38,776 nt of DNA from positions 1 through 38,776 of the forward strand of contig CAZYLR010000002.1 of assembly GCA_964648835.1 (NCBI GenBank), read 5' to 3'. The position numbers and the translations under genes were made by a program. The notes beneath the pieces are model-generated. The model made no database searches. It saw only the letters and a program-made list of their open reading frames with translations, and was not told where the DNA came from. Below, in pieces: positions 1 to 8,618 of this stretch; within the stretch, counting starts at the first letter, position 1, and every line of letters begins with the position of its first letter. Origin of the DNA: an uncultured Candidatus Saccharibacteria bacterium. GTDB lineage: Bacteria; Patescibacteriota; Minisyncoccia; Phycocordibacterales; Zambryskibacteraceae.

Positions 1-2
1 CC

Positions 3-185
3 GAGGATGGCAAGTTCCGAGTTGAGGTGAAACAAGACGGCACTCTCCGTGTGAATATAGAGTCGGAAGATGATGACAATAATGATGAGGTGGAGGATCG
101 TGTCAGTCGCTCAGATGATACGAATAATTCTAACGACGATAGCGACGATAACGATGACGACTCAGACTCTTCGGATGATGATTGA
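3..185 (+). CDS. 3' end of a CDS truncated by the window edge; extremely acidic Asp/Ser/Asn-rich C-terminal tail
   Basis: An open frame runs in from the left edge and stops at TGA 183-185. Translation ends ...ESEDDDNNDEVEDRVSRSDDTNNSNDDSDDNDDDSDSSDDD*. There is too little sequence to assign a family. Confidence 0.4.
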   Translation, partial: EDGKFRVEVKQDGTLRVNIESEDDDNNDEVEDRVSRSDDTNNSNDDSDDNDDDSDSSDDD

Positions 186-258
186 GTCTTATTCTTGCCC
201 TGATTAATGGGCGAATTCAGAACTCTTGATTGGAGACATATTCAGCAGGAATTAGAAT

Positions 259-666
259 TTAGCGGTTTATTAAGTCAGCGTAGTGTTCTAGCATAAAGTT
301 GTGATAGAACTTGTTGTCTGAAATATATTTGTAGACATTAGCAGTCTTATCTGTTGGTTCATTATTAAACTCGGCACATAACTTATCTATTTCCTGCTCA
401 TTTTCTGCCGATAGTCTGTATTCCTTGTTTGAGCCATTCTTGAACTGAAAGATAAAAATTATCTCCTCTGCTCCAATAACTTCATTCCAGAATCCGCTGT
501 CTAGCTTGGCCTTAATCAGTTCAATGTATTGAGATAACTTTTCTTCTGGTATTTTCAAGGTTCTATCCCCATCAACCATTGTCTTCTCAATACTGATACC
601 CAAATCTGTAAGATCTTGGTTCTCAATCTGGTTTGCTCCCATTAAATAGCTTAGATAGTGACTCAT
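259..666 (-). CDS. hypothetical protein (135 aa)
   Basis: ATG-initiated ORF from the track. Composition is protein-like, but I recognise no family motif. Confidence 0.5.
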   Translation of the reverse strand: MSHYLSYLMGANQIENQDLTDLGISIEKTMVDGDRTLKIPEEKLSQYIELIKAKLDSGFWNEVIGAEEIIFIFQFKNGSNKEYRLSAENEQEIDKLCAEFNNEPTDKTANVYKYISDNKFYHNFMLEHYADLINR

Positions 667-730
667 AGATTTTTATCTAAAACCCCTTTAGAATGATTTT
701 CATACAATTAGTTTTTAATGAAATCCTGAG

Positions 731-802
731 CTCCGCGGGTAGGATTCGAACCTACGACCAAGCGCTTAACAGGCGCCTGCGCTACCACTGCGCCACCGCG
801 GA
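731..802 (-). tRNA. tRNA-Asn (anticodon GUU)
   Basis: The minus strand folds as a canonical 72-nt cloverleaf:
- acceptor TCCGCGG/CCGCGGA
- D arm GCGC-AGTGGTA-GCGC
- anticodon stem GGCGC/GCGCT with loop CTGTTAA
- T arm GTAGG-TTCGAAT-CCTAC
- discriminator G; CCA not encoded. Confidence 0.9.
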
Positions 803-918
803 GCTCAGGATTTCATCTTAAATTTGAGCTCTACTTCACCCCGCCACGGCGGGGCAAGCTGAGCTATCGCGGAATATGAAGCACTTTATCATGAAATTTT
901 GTATGTTAAAATAGGGGA

Positions 919-1809
919 GTGAAAACGTCTATCCGCTATAAACTAAATATTCAACTAGTCACCTTGATCTGTACTGTTGTGGCCTTAATTCTCGCTGGTT
1001 ATGTAGCTTACGAGTATTGGCTTCTTAGCAATGAACTTAAGTTAACAGAAAAAGTGAGTTTAGAACAAAGAACTCAATTAGAAAAAGAATTAGAAGAAGT
1101 TGAAAAAGACAGACTTAATCTCTCGGAATTATCTAAATATCAGCAATCTATCATTGATTCATTCCAGGGCCAGATTAGTAGTATAGGCAATACTGTCGGT
1201 ACGCTCGAGAAACTTGCCCAGACGGATAAGGAACTTCTCAAGAAGTATTCGAAAGTGTATTTCTTGAACGAGAATTACGTTCCCGCCAAACTTACCCAAG
1301 TAGAAGATATATATATATCGGAAAAAAATGGTGGCAACCTTCTGATCCACGCCGATGTCTGGCCATTTCTTAAAAGGCTTTTAGAAGATGCACGATTGAG
1401 GGACACAGAGTTGCTCGTTGCTTCCGCCTTTCGTTCTTTCGATACTCAAGCGTCTCTGAAGTCTGAATACAAGGTTATCTATGGAGCCGGTACGGCTAAT
1501 CAGTTTTCTGCCGACCAAGGATACTCTGAACATCAACTAGGTACTTCCATGGATTTCACCACGGCGTCTGTAGGGGGCATATTCTCGAAGTTTAAATCAG
1601 ACCCTGCTTACCAGTGGCTAAAAGATAATGCCCATAAGTATGGCTTCGTACTTTCTTATCCGGAAGGAAATACTTATTATAAATTCGAGCCCTGGCACTG
1701 GAGATTTGTCGGTGTCTCACTGGCAGAATTTCTCCACAAAGAAAATAAATATTTCTATGACCTCGACCAGCGCGAGATAGACACTTATCTTATAAAGTTA
1801 TTCGAATAA
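919..1809 (+). CDS. membrane-anchored D-alanyl-D-alanine carboxypeptidase, peptidase M15B (VanY-like)
   Basis: N-terminal TM helix (LVTLICTVVALILAGYVAY) followed by a coiled-coil segment. Zn-peptidase motifs SEHQLGTSMD (SxHxxGxAxD) and EPWHWR (ExWH) are present. The start is GTG and is uncertain. Confidence 0.8.
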   Translation: MKTSIRYKLNIQLVTLICTVVALILAGYVAYEYWLLSNELKLTEKVSLEQRTQLEKELEEVEKDRLNLSELSKYQQSIIDSFQGQISSIGNTVGTLEKLAQTDKELLKKYSKVYFLNENYVPAKLTQVEDIYISEKNGGNLLIHADVWPFLKRLLEDARLRDTELLVASAFRSFDTQASLKSEYKVIYGAGTANQFSADQGYSEHQLGTSMDFTTASVGGIFSKFKSDPAYQWLKDNAHKYGFVLSYPEGNTYYKFEPWHWRFVGVSLAEFLHKENKYFYDLDQREIDTYLIKLFE

Positions 1810-1814
1810 TCCAT

Positions 1815-2195
1815 ATGAAAATAAATATCAAGGCGACTAGCATAGAACTTACCCAAGCCATTTCGGATTACGTGTATAAAAAAATTTCTTCAATTGAAAA
1901 ATATCTTGATAAAAGTAACACAGACATCATCGCTCAAGTGGAAGTGGGCAGGAGTACGCGCCACCACAAGACCGGCAATATCTTCCGCGCGGAAGTGCAT
2001 ATAACCGGTGTGGGCTTGGATTTATATGCTGTCTCCGAGATGGAAGACCTATATGCGGCTATCGATGTTGTCAAAGATGAGATAGTACACAACGTAGTAC
2101 AATCGAAAGGCAAGCGACAGACGCTTGCTAAGAAAGGCGCCGGAATGATGAAAAATATTATGAAGGGTTTAAATTTCTTTAAGAAAAAGAACTAA
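1815..2195 (+). CDS. hpf: ribosome hibernation promoting factor / RaiA family (short form)
   Basis: 126 aa. MKINIKATSIELTQAISDYVYKKI...AEVHITGVGLDLYAVSEMEDLYAAIDVVKDEI matches the HPF/YfiA fold pattern. Confidence 0.85.
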   Translation: MKINIKATSIELTQAISDYVYKKISSIEKYLDKSNTDIIAQVEVGRSTRHHKTGNIFRAEVHITGVGLDLYAVSEMEDLYAAIDVVKDEIVHNVVQSKGKRQTLAKKGAGMMKNIMKGLNFFKKKN

Positions 2196-3433
2196 GCATT
2201 ACCTCTTAAAAAATCTTGCCAGTCCATTTCTCTCTTACCGGCTGGAATAACACGGGTGGGGGAGAATTGGCCATCTTTAATTACAGCATCTTTAATTATT
2301 ACCCGAGTCTCTTGGCCCGTCTTCTTTTTGAAAAACATATAAGCGCCTGGCCAAGTGCTGTACGCCAAAACTTTTTTTAGATTGAGCTCGGCCGGGTCAT
2401 TGAGATTCAAAAGACCGTCCTCTTTTTTAATTAGTTTAGTGTAACTAGCCTTGGCATCATTTTGGGGCGCTTCCTCTATTTCACCACTTACCCACTTCGG
2501 AAGCAATGCTCCGAGTATCTTGCCGCTGGCTCGTCCGAGTTTCTCCTCCACCACATGGTAATGGTCTGGCCAAGGAGTGATAAGGACTTTTGCCCGTGCG
2601 AGTATCGGTCCATGGTCCACCTTCTCGTCCATCCTTATTATCGTGATGCCCAGCTCCTCTTCTTCAAGAATTGCGCCTTGAATTGGCGCCGGGCCGCGCA
2701 GTCGTGGCAGGAGCGAAGGATGAACGTTAAGAGTCTTATATCCCGGCAGTTCAATTAATTCTTTCCGCAAAATTTTGCCGAAGGATGCCACCACGAATAC
2801 GTCCGCTTGGATATTCTTCAATTCTTCTATCGGTAGAGGATCCCTAGCCGAGGTGATGTTAAGCGCGGGAGAAAAACCTGCGAGTTCAAGTTCTTCGAGC
2901 ACATAGCGAGAGAACTGAGAGCTACCGAAAAAGACGAACTTGATATTTTTTGCCGGGGGTATCTCTCGAAGATTTTCGGCTTTGTCGATAAAGAGAATAC
3001 CGTCCAGATGATCCATCTCGTGTTGGAAGATTTGAGCCAAGAGCCCTGATGCCCCTCTTTCGAACTGTTTGCCGGTCTCGCCATACGCCCTGATGGTCAC
3101 TTTCTCGCTCCTTTTAACCTGTCCATATAGCCAGCGGATAGATAAACAGCCCTCTTCCACTTTCTTTTTTTTCTTCGAGGCCTTGATTATCTCCGGATTG
3201 ATAAAGACTAGATCTTTTGTCTTCGTGATTTTCTTGCTTACTACAAATATCCGCAGACTCTCTCCGATTTGCGGCGCGGCGATAGCCGCGCCGTCTTCTT
3301 CGGCATGGAGTGCCTCTCTCATTCTATACAAAATATCTCGAATCTTCTTTGATCCAATACTTTTAATAGGCACAGACTTTGCCTTCTCTCTCAATAAGGG
3401 GGCATTTCTCTCTAAAATTTCAGTTTTTATCAT
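2192..3433 (-). CDS. def-fmt: bifunctional peptide deformylase / methionyl-tRNA formyltransferase (single fused ORF)
   Basis: - The N-terminal ~165 aa carry the three PDF motifs: GAAIAAPQIG, EGCLS and QHEMDHLDG.
- The remainder is Fmt: KFVFFGSSQFS..., NVHPSLLPRLRGPAPIQGAI, and a C-terminal Fmt_C-like part.
- There is no stop between the two halves.
- I prefer the ATG at 3433 (MIKTEILERNAPLLREKAKSV, a typical PDF N-terminus) over the TTG at 3454 in the ORF track. Confidence 0.85.
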   Translation of the reverse strand: MIKTEILERNAPLLREKAKSVPIKSIGSKKIRDILYRMREALHAEEDGAAIAAPQIGESLRIFVVSKKITKTKDLVFINPEIIKASKKKKKVEEGCLSIRWLYGQVKRSEKVTIRAYGETGKQFERGASGLLAQIFQHEMDHLDGILFIDKAENLREIPPAKNIKFVFFGSSQFSRYVLEELELAGFSPALNITSARDPLPIEELKNIQADVFVVASFGKILRKELIELPGYKTLNVHPSLLPRLRGPAPIQGAILEEEELGITIIRMDEKVDHGPILARAKVLITPWPDHYHVVEEKLGRASGKILGALLPKWVSGEIEEAPQNDAKASYTKLIKKEDGLLNLNDPAELNLKKVLAYSTWPGAYMFFKKKTGQETRVIIKDAVIKDGQFSPTRVIPAGKREMDWQDFLRGNA

Positions 3434-3689
3434 TTCGTATTTTAAGGCTGCCAAAAAAACAGCGTGAGAAGTTTGAGCTCTGGGAGCACCTTTTCAAAAA
3501 GAAAGCCAGGTCTTGAAGAGAGAGATGGGAGGTTTTTATGGCCACCGCTCTCATGGGTAATTCTTTCATATCCGCGGCCTTCCTTTCGGCATTGATTCGC
3601 CTATGGAATTCGTCGAGCATCTTCAGGCGTGGATGCTTGAAGAGCCCTTTAACATTGCGATTTTTTAGATTTTCGTCAATAGATTTCAT
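3420..3689 (-). CDS. hypothetical small protein (89 aa), weakly supported
   Basis: ATG ORF upstream of def-fmt and overlapping it by 14 nt. The N-terminal half is plausibly helical and basic, while the C-terminal half is low in information. No family recognised. Confidence 0.3.
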   Translation of the reverse strand: MKSIDENLKNRNVKGLFKHPRLKMLDEFHRRINAERKAADMKELPMRAVAIKTSHLSLQDLAFFLKRCSQSSNFSRCFFGSLKIRNDKN

Positions 3690-3720
3690 CCTAATATAGA
3701 ACTATAGTATCATAGCGTTA

Positions 3721-4725
3721 ATGATGGCGAAAAAACTTGGTATAGATCTCGGTACCACTAATACGCTGGTATTCGTGCCAGGTAGGGGTATTGTTTTAAA
3801 TGAACCTTCGGTCGTCGCGGTTTCCGAAGACAATAAAATTCTTGCCATCGGCGCGGAGGCTAAGATTATGATTGGTCGAACACCTGAAGGCATTTCTGCC
3901 TACCGGCCGATGAAGGATGGAGTGATCGCAGACTATCGAGTGACGGAAGCAATGCTTCGTTACTATATAAACAAAGCACTCGGGAAATGGAACATCTTCA
4001 AGCCCGATGTCTTGATCTCGGTACCGGCAGGGGTGACCTCTACCGAAAGACGGGCAGTGGTCGAAGCGGCTATCAAAGCAGGAGCTAGGAATGCTTATGT
4101 GGTCAAGGAACCGATTCTCGCCGCCATCGGCGCCGGTATTCCTATCCAGGAAGCGGCTGGTCACATGATTGTAGATATCGGTGGTGGAACCACGGACGTG
4201 GCGGTTATCGCTCTCGGAGGCATTGTTGCTTCTACTTCTGTCAAAGTGGCCGGCAACAAAATTGATGCCGCCATAGCCGACTATATCAAGAAAAATTTTA
4301 ATTTGGTTATCGGAGACAAGACAGCCGAAGATATCAAGATTACCATTGGTTCCGCCACACCGATTGACGACGAACTTGTCATGGCGGTGAAGGGTAGGGA
4401 TTTCGTACTCGGCCTACCTCGCACTATCGAAGTCAAGACCAATGAAGTAGTCAAGGCGATATCAAAAGAGTTGCGCGAGATGATTAAGGCGGTTAAAGAG
4501 GTACTTCAAGAAACTCCGCCGGAGCTCTCCTCCGACATCATCGACCGGGGGATTATTATGACCGGCGGTTCCTCCCAGTTGCGCAATTTCCCGGAACTCA
4601 TGATGCGTCGTACCGGCGTAAAGGCTGTCATGGCCAAAGATGCCTACTTTTGTGTGGCCAAAGGCACTGGCGTAGCGCTGGAGCATCTCGATATGTACAA
4701 AAAGAGCATAATTGCAAAGAGGTAG
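3721..4725 (+). CDS. mreB: rod shape-determining protein MreB
   Basis: LGIDLGTTNTLVFV, DIGGGTTDVAVI and IIMTGGSSQLRNF are the actin-fold phosphate/adenosine motifs. Length is 334 aa. Confidence 0.95.
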   Translation: MMAKKLGIDLGTTNTLVFVPGRGIVLNEPSVVAVSEDNKILAIGAEAKIMIGRTPEGISAYRPMKDGVIADYRVTEAMLRYYINKALGKWNIFKPDVLISVPAGVTSTERRAVVEAAIKAGARNAYVVKEPILAAIGAGIPIQEAAGHMIVDIGGGTTDVAVIALGGIVASTSVKVAGNKIDAAIADYIKKNFNLVIGDKTAEDIKITIGSATPIDDELVMAVKGRDFVLGLPRTIEVKTNEVVKAISKELREMIKAVKEVLQETPPELSSDIIDRGIIMTGGSSQLRNFPELMMRRTGVKAVMAKDAYFCVAKGTGVALEHLDMYKKSIIAKR

Positions 4726-5936
4726 TGGCTATAAAATTTTCTGTAGAAAAAGAGCTTGAGGGAAAGCTCGGCAGAGCAGGAATATTAGAGACATCCCACG
4801 GAGTGATACATACTCCAGCTTTTGTGACGGTCGGAACTAAAGCATCTGTCAAAGCGCTTACTCCTGAACAAGTTAAAAGTTTGGGTGCGGAAGTAGTATT
4901 AGCCAATACTTATCATCTTTATCTTGAGCCGGGTGCGGAACGTATAAAAAGTTTTGGCGGGTTACACAAGTTTATGAATTGGAGCGGTCCTTTGATGACT
5001 GACTCGGGTGGCTTTCAAGTCTTTTCTCTTGGTGCCGCGTACGGTAAAGAGTTATCAAAGATTACTAAGATTGCCGACCCTTCCCAGATGATTACCGAAA
5101 GGTCTCTAGATTCTGAAGTGCCGCGCCTTGCAACTATTGGCGCCGATGGCGTCTCATTTCGTTCCCATATCGATGGTTCTCTTCACTACATCACGCCGGA
5201 AAAATCAATTGAGATACAGCATAATCTCGGCGCCGATATCATTTTTGCCTTCGACGAATGCACTTCCCCGGCAGAAAGTTTTCGTTACCAGGAGGAAGCT
5301 TTAGAGCGTACGCATCGCTGGGCCAAGCGTTCCCTCGATTATCATCATTCCAATGTTCTCAAGAACATTGGAATGAAAAAGCAGGCATTGTTCGGTATTG
5401 TGCAGGGTGGTAGGGAAGAATCACTCCGCAAGAGGTCGGCAGAATTTATTGGCAGGCTAGATTTTGACGGCTTCGGCATAGGTGGTTCATTCGCAAAAGA
5501 AGATATGGAGACCGTGGTGAGGTGGGTCAATGAAATATTGCCGAAAGAGAAGCCAAGACATCTTCTTGGTATCGGCGAGCCGGAAGACTTATTTATGGGA
5601 GTGGAAAATGGTGTGGACCTCTTCGACTGCGTGGCTCCGACAAGAAATGGTCGTGGTGGTACCTTATACACTTCGAAAGGAAAAATAAATATTAGGAACG
5701 CAGAATTCAGAGAAGATACTAAGCCAGTGGATGAAGAATGTGGGTGCGAAGTGTGTCAAAAATATTCTCGCGCGTATCTTTGTCATCTCTACCGCGCGCA
5801 TGAAATGCTCGGTGGCACGCTCGGCTCGATGCATAATCTCTATTTCATTATCAACCTTGTCAAACGCATGCGTGACAGTATTCTCAACGATACTTTTGCC
5901 GAATTTAAAAAATCTTTTTTAGAAAAGTATTCATAA
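4725..5936 (+). CDS. tgt: queuine tRNA-ribosyltransferase
   Basis: - Family motifs: GRAGILETSHGVIHTPAFVTVGT, MTDSGGFQV and Zn site CGCEVCQKYSRAYLCHL.
- The track ORF begins inside mreB.
- The family N-terminus aligns with the GTG at 4725 (VAIKFSVEKE), which overlaps the mreB TAG by 1 nt.
- AAGAGG lies just upstream at 4717-4722. Confidence 0.9.
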   Translation: MAIKFSVEKELEGKLGRAGILETSHGVIHTPAFVTVGTKASVKALTPEQVKSLGAEVVLANTYHLYLEPGAERIKSFGGLHKFMNWSGPLMTDSGGFQVFSLGAAYGKELSKITKIADPSQMITERSLDSEVPRLATIGADGVSFRSHIDGSLHYITPEKSIEIQHNLGADIIFAFDECTSPAESFRYQEEALERTHRWAKRSLDYHHSNVLKNIGMKKQALFGIVQGGREESLRKRSAEFIGRLDFDGFGIGGSFAKEDMETVVRWVNEILPKEKPRHLLGIGEPEDLFMGVENGVDLFDCVAPTRNGRGGTLYTSKGKINIRNAEFREDTKPVDEECGCEVCQKYSRAYLCHLYRAHEMLGGTLGSMHNLYFIINLVKRMRDSILNDTFAEFKKSFLEKYS

Positions 5937-5943
5937 AAAGTCG

Positions 5944-5981
5944 AGAGCCCGCCTAGTTGCAATAGCAACTAGGCGGGCTCT
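5944..5981. terminator. 17-bp perfect hairpin between convergent tgt and the YkgJ-like gene
   Basis: agagcccgcctagttgc-aata-gcaactaggcgggctct. There is a T-run on the minus-strand side (cgacttttta) and none on the plus side. It overlaps the last codons of the minus-strand ORF. Confidence 0.7.
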
Positions 5982-6457
5982 GAGAACATCTCAGGACGGG
6001 CTCGGATTACAACAACCTTCTGTTTCGAGTCGCCGAAGCGAAACTCCAGCTCCGGATCCCACTTATTTTCTGGGACGAAAAGCTTCGCCCGGCCGACAGT
6101 CGGCACATGAAGCACCGCATTACCGACCTCCAGGTTGAGACGTGTCTGCCTTCTTGCGAACTTCGAGAGGAGCTTGCCGCTCTTGACCTCGTAGAGCCAG
6201 AGGGCAATGCCCAGACCGGGTATATCCACATGATCCGGGACAACTCCCATTTTATCCGGTCGGTACTCCAGAAGTCCCAGACCTATAAGCCAAGAGCATT
6301 TGTACGTTCGACAGGCCTGTGGACGCTTGGAGTAAACACGACATCCTGAACCAACGTCGCAGTGAAAGCAAATGGTACCACTAGGTTTCTTGAGCTCGGC
6401 GACGCCGTGCGTTTTGCAACAAGCCGTGCATCCTCCACAGGTACGTTCTTCGAGCAT
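5969..6457 (-). CDS. YkgJ/UPF0153-family CxxCxxCC zinc/iron-sulfur cluster protein (GC-rich cassette)
   Basis: Contains CGGCTACCK (CxxCxxCC) plus further Cys pairs. The strong SD AAAGGGGGTGG lies 5 nt upstream of the ATG at 6457. The track's GTG at 6466 abuts the SD, so ATG is preferred. Confidence 0.7.
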   Translation of the reverse strand: MLEERTCGGCTACCKTHGVAELKKPSGTICFHCDVGSGCRVYSKRPQACRTYKCSWLIGLGLLEYRPDKMGVVPDHVDIPGLGIALWLYEVKSGKLLSKFARRQTRLNLEVGNAVLHVPTVGRAKLFVPENKWDPELEFRFGDSKQKVVVIRARPEMFSEPA

Positions 6458-6551
6458 ATTTACCACCCCCTTTCCGAACAGGATCTTACGTCATTTTTAA
6501 ATAAAGAACAAGACATTTAAAATGGCGAAATACCTAAAAGAGTTATAATCT

Positions 6552-8570
6552 ATGTTTCTTATGGGAATCTTTAAGATCAAAAGAGAGTTCAAACCGGCGG
6601 GGGATCAGCCCAAAGCCATAAGGGAACTCTTAGATGGCCTCAAGAAGGGCCTGCGGTACCAGACTCTTTTAGGCGTGACTGGCTCGGGCAAAACTTTTAC
6701 TGTTGCTAATGTGATAGACAAAATCGGCAAGCCGACGCTTGTGATTGCGCACAACAAGACTTTGGCGGCACAACTGGCGCAAGAGTATCGAGAATTTTTT
6801 CCCAACAATGCGGTGCATTATTTCGTTTCCTATTATGATTATTACCAGCCGGAGGCTTATATGCCTGTAACAGATACTTACATTGAGAAAGAAGCGATGA
6901 TCAATGAGGAGATAGAACGCTTGCGCCACGCTTCCACACAAGCACTTCTAACTCGTAAAGACGTCATCATCGTCGCTTCAGTCTCTTGTATCTATGGTCT
7001 CGGTAATCCGGAGGAATATGAGAAAGTAAACCTCAAGTTGGAATTTGCCCAATACATTTCTCGCTCGGATCTTATACGCGATCTTATAAATATTCATTTC
7101 ACACGTACGAATTCTGATGTGAATCCGGGCACTTTTCGAGCACTTGGAAATACTGTGGAAATTATGCCGGTTTCTGAGCGCATGATCTACAGAATTGAAA
7201 TTGATAATGAGAGGATTCAGAAAATCCAGAAAATAGATGACGTCTCTCGCGCTGTCCTCAAAGAGCTTCAAGTTTTCTACCTCTTCCCAGCGAAACATTT
7301 CATCACCGCCGATGATTCTGCCAAACGCGCGCTTACAAGCATTAAACTAGAGCTCGAAGAGAGATTAGAGGAGCTCAAGAGAGCGGGCAAACTCCTCGAG
7401 GCCGAGAGACTTAAACGTCGCACTAGCTATGACCTAGCCATGATTCGCGAGGTTGGCTACACCAACGGTATTGAAAATTATTCGAGACATTTCTCTGGTA
7501 AATCTGCCGGCGAGGCGCCTTATACTCTGCTCGACTATTTCCCCAAGAAACCAGATGGTAGCCCTAATTTTCTGACTATTATAGATGAGTCCCATGTGAC
7601 CGTGCCGCAAATCGGTGGCATGTACGCTGGAGATAAGTCTCGCAAAGATGTTTTGATCGAACACGGTTTCCGCCTACCGTCTGCTCGAGACAATAGGCCA
7701 CTGCGGTTTGAAGAATTTGAAGAGCGCATTGGACAAGTAATCTTTACTTCCGCAACGCCATCTAAGTACGAAAAAGAACATAGTGAACAAATCATAGAAC
7801 AAGTTATTCGTCCCACCGGACTGGTTGACCCAGAAGTTTCGGTTAAACCAATTCAATCGAGAGGAACTTACAAAGGTCAAATTCTTGATTTCATAGTAGA
7901 AGCCGAAAAGGCGATAGAAAAAGGCGGGCGTGTGATTGCTACTACGCTGACTAAAAAGATGGCGGAAGATTTGTCGGAGTTTTTGAAAGACAAAAATATT
8001 AAAGCGCGATATCTGCATAGTGAAATAAAAACTTTAGAACGTATCGAGATTCTCACAGACTTCCGTCGCGGAGAGTTCGACTGTCTAGTAGGAGTGAATC
8101 TCTTGAGAGAAGGTTTGGATTTGCCAGAGGTCACTCTGATAGGGATTTTAGACGCGGACAAAGAAGGCTTTTTGCGTTCTGACACTTCTCTCATTCAGAT
8201 TATTGGGCGGGCGGCACGCAATGTGGAGGGTAGAGTAATTCTCTACGCCGATATTGTCACCGGTTCAATGGAGCGAGCCATAGGCGAGACCTCGCGCCGT
8301 CGTACTCTTCAAACCGCTCACAACAAGTCGCATGGCATCACCCCCAAAACAATTATCAAGAAGATTAAAGATATTACGGATACCCTCGAGCGTGAACACC
8401 GATCCGCAGTTAATCTGTTGCTCGAGACGGACGAGAAATTTTTTACCAAAAGTCCGAAGAAATTGATTAAAAATAAGAAAAAAGAAATGGAAGAAGCGGT
8501 GCGCGATCTTGACTTCGAATCGGCCGCCATTCTGCGAGATGAGATAAAGGCACTTGAAGGACGTTTGTGA
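6552..8570 (+). CDS. uvrB: excinuclease ABC subunit B
   Basis: [27 protein letters not shown] and a C-terminal UVR domain ([16 protein letters not shown]). The second ATG at 6561 (MGIFKIK...) is the likelier start, because a TATAAT box sits at 6544-6549. Confidence 0.95.
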   Translation: MFLMGIFKIKREFKPAGDQPKAIRELLDGLKKGLRYQTLLGVTGSGKTFTVANVIDKIGKPTLVIAHNKTLAAQLAQEYREFFPNNAVHYFVSYYDYYQPEAYMPVTDTYIEKEAMINEEIERLRHASTQALLTRKDVIIVASVSCIYGLGNPEEYEKVNLKLEFAQYISRSDLIRDLINIHFTRTNSDVNPGTFRALGNTVEIMPVSERMIYRIEIDNERIQKIQKIDDVSRAVLKELQVFYLFPAKHFITADDSAKRALTSIKLELEERLEELKRAGKLLEAERLKRRTSYDLAMIREVGYTNGIENYSRHFSGKSAGEAPYTLLDYFPKKPDGSPNFLTIIDESHVTVPQIGGMYAGDKSRKDVLIEHGFRLPSARDNRPLRFEEFEERIGQVIFTSATPSKYEKEHSEQIIEQVIRPTGLVDPEVSVKPIQSRGTYKGQILDFIVEAEKAIEKGGRVIATTLTKKMAEDLSEFLKDKNIKARYLHSEIKTLERIEILTDFRRGEFDCLVGVNLLREGLDLPEVTLIGILDADKEGFLRSDTSLIQIIGRAARNVEGRVILYADIVTGSMERAIGETSRRRTLQTAHNKSHGITPKTIIKKIKDITDTLEREHRSAVNLLLETDEKFFTKSPKKLIKNKKKEMEEAVRDLDFESAAILRDEIKALEGRL

Positions 8571-8618
8571 TACCATAGTATCCTCACCCTATGGGTTGAC
8601 TCGGGGTGTATTTCGTAT

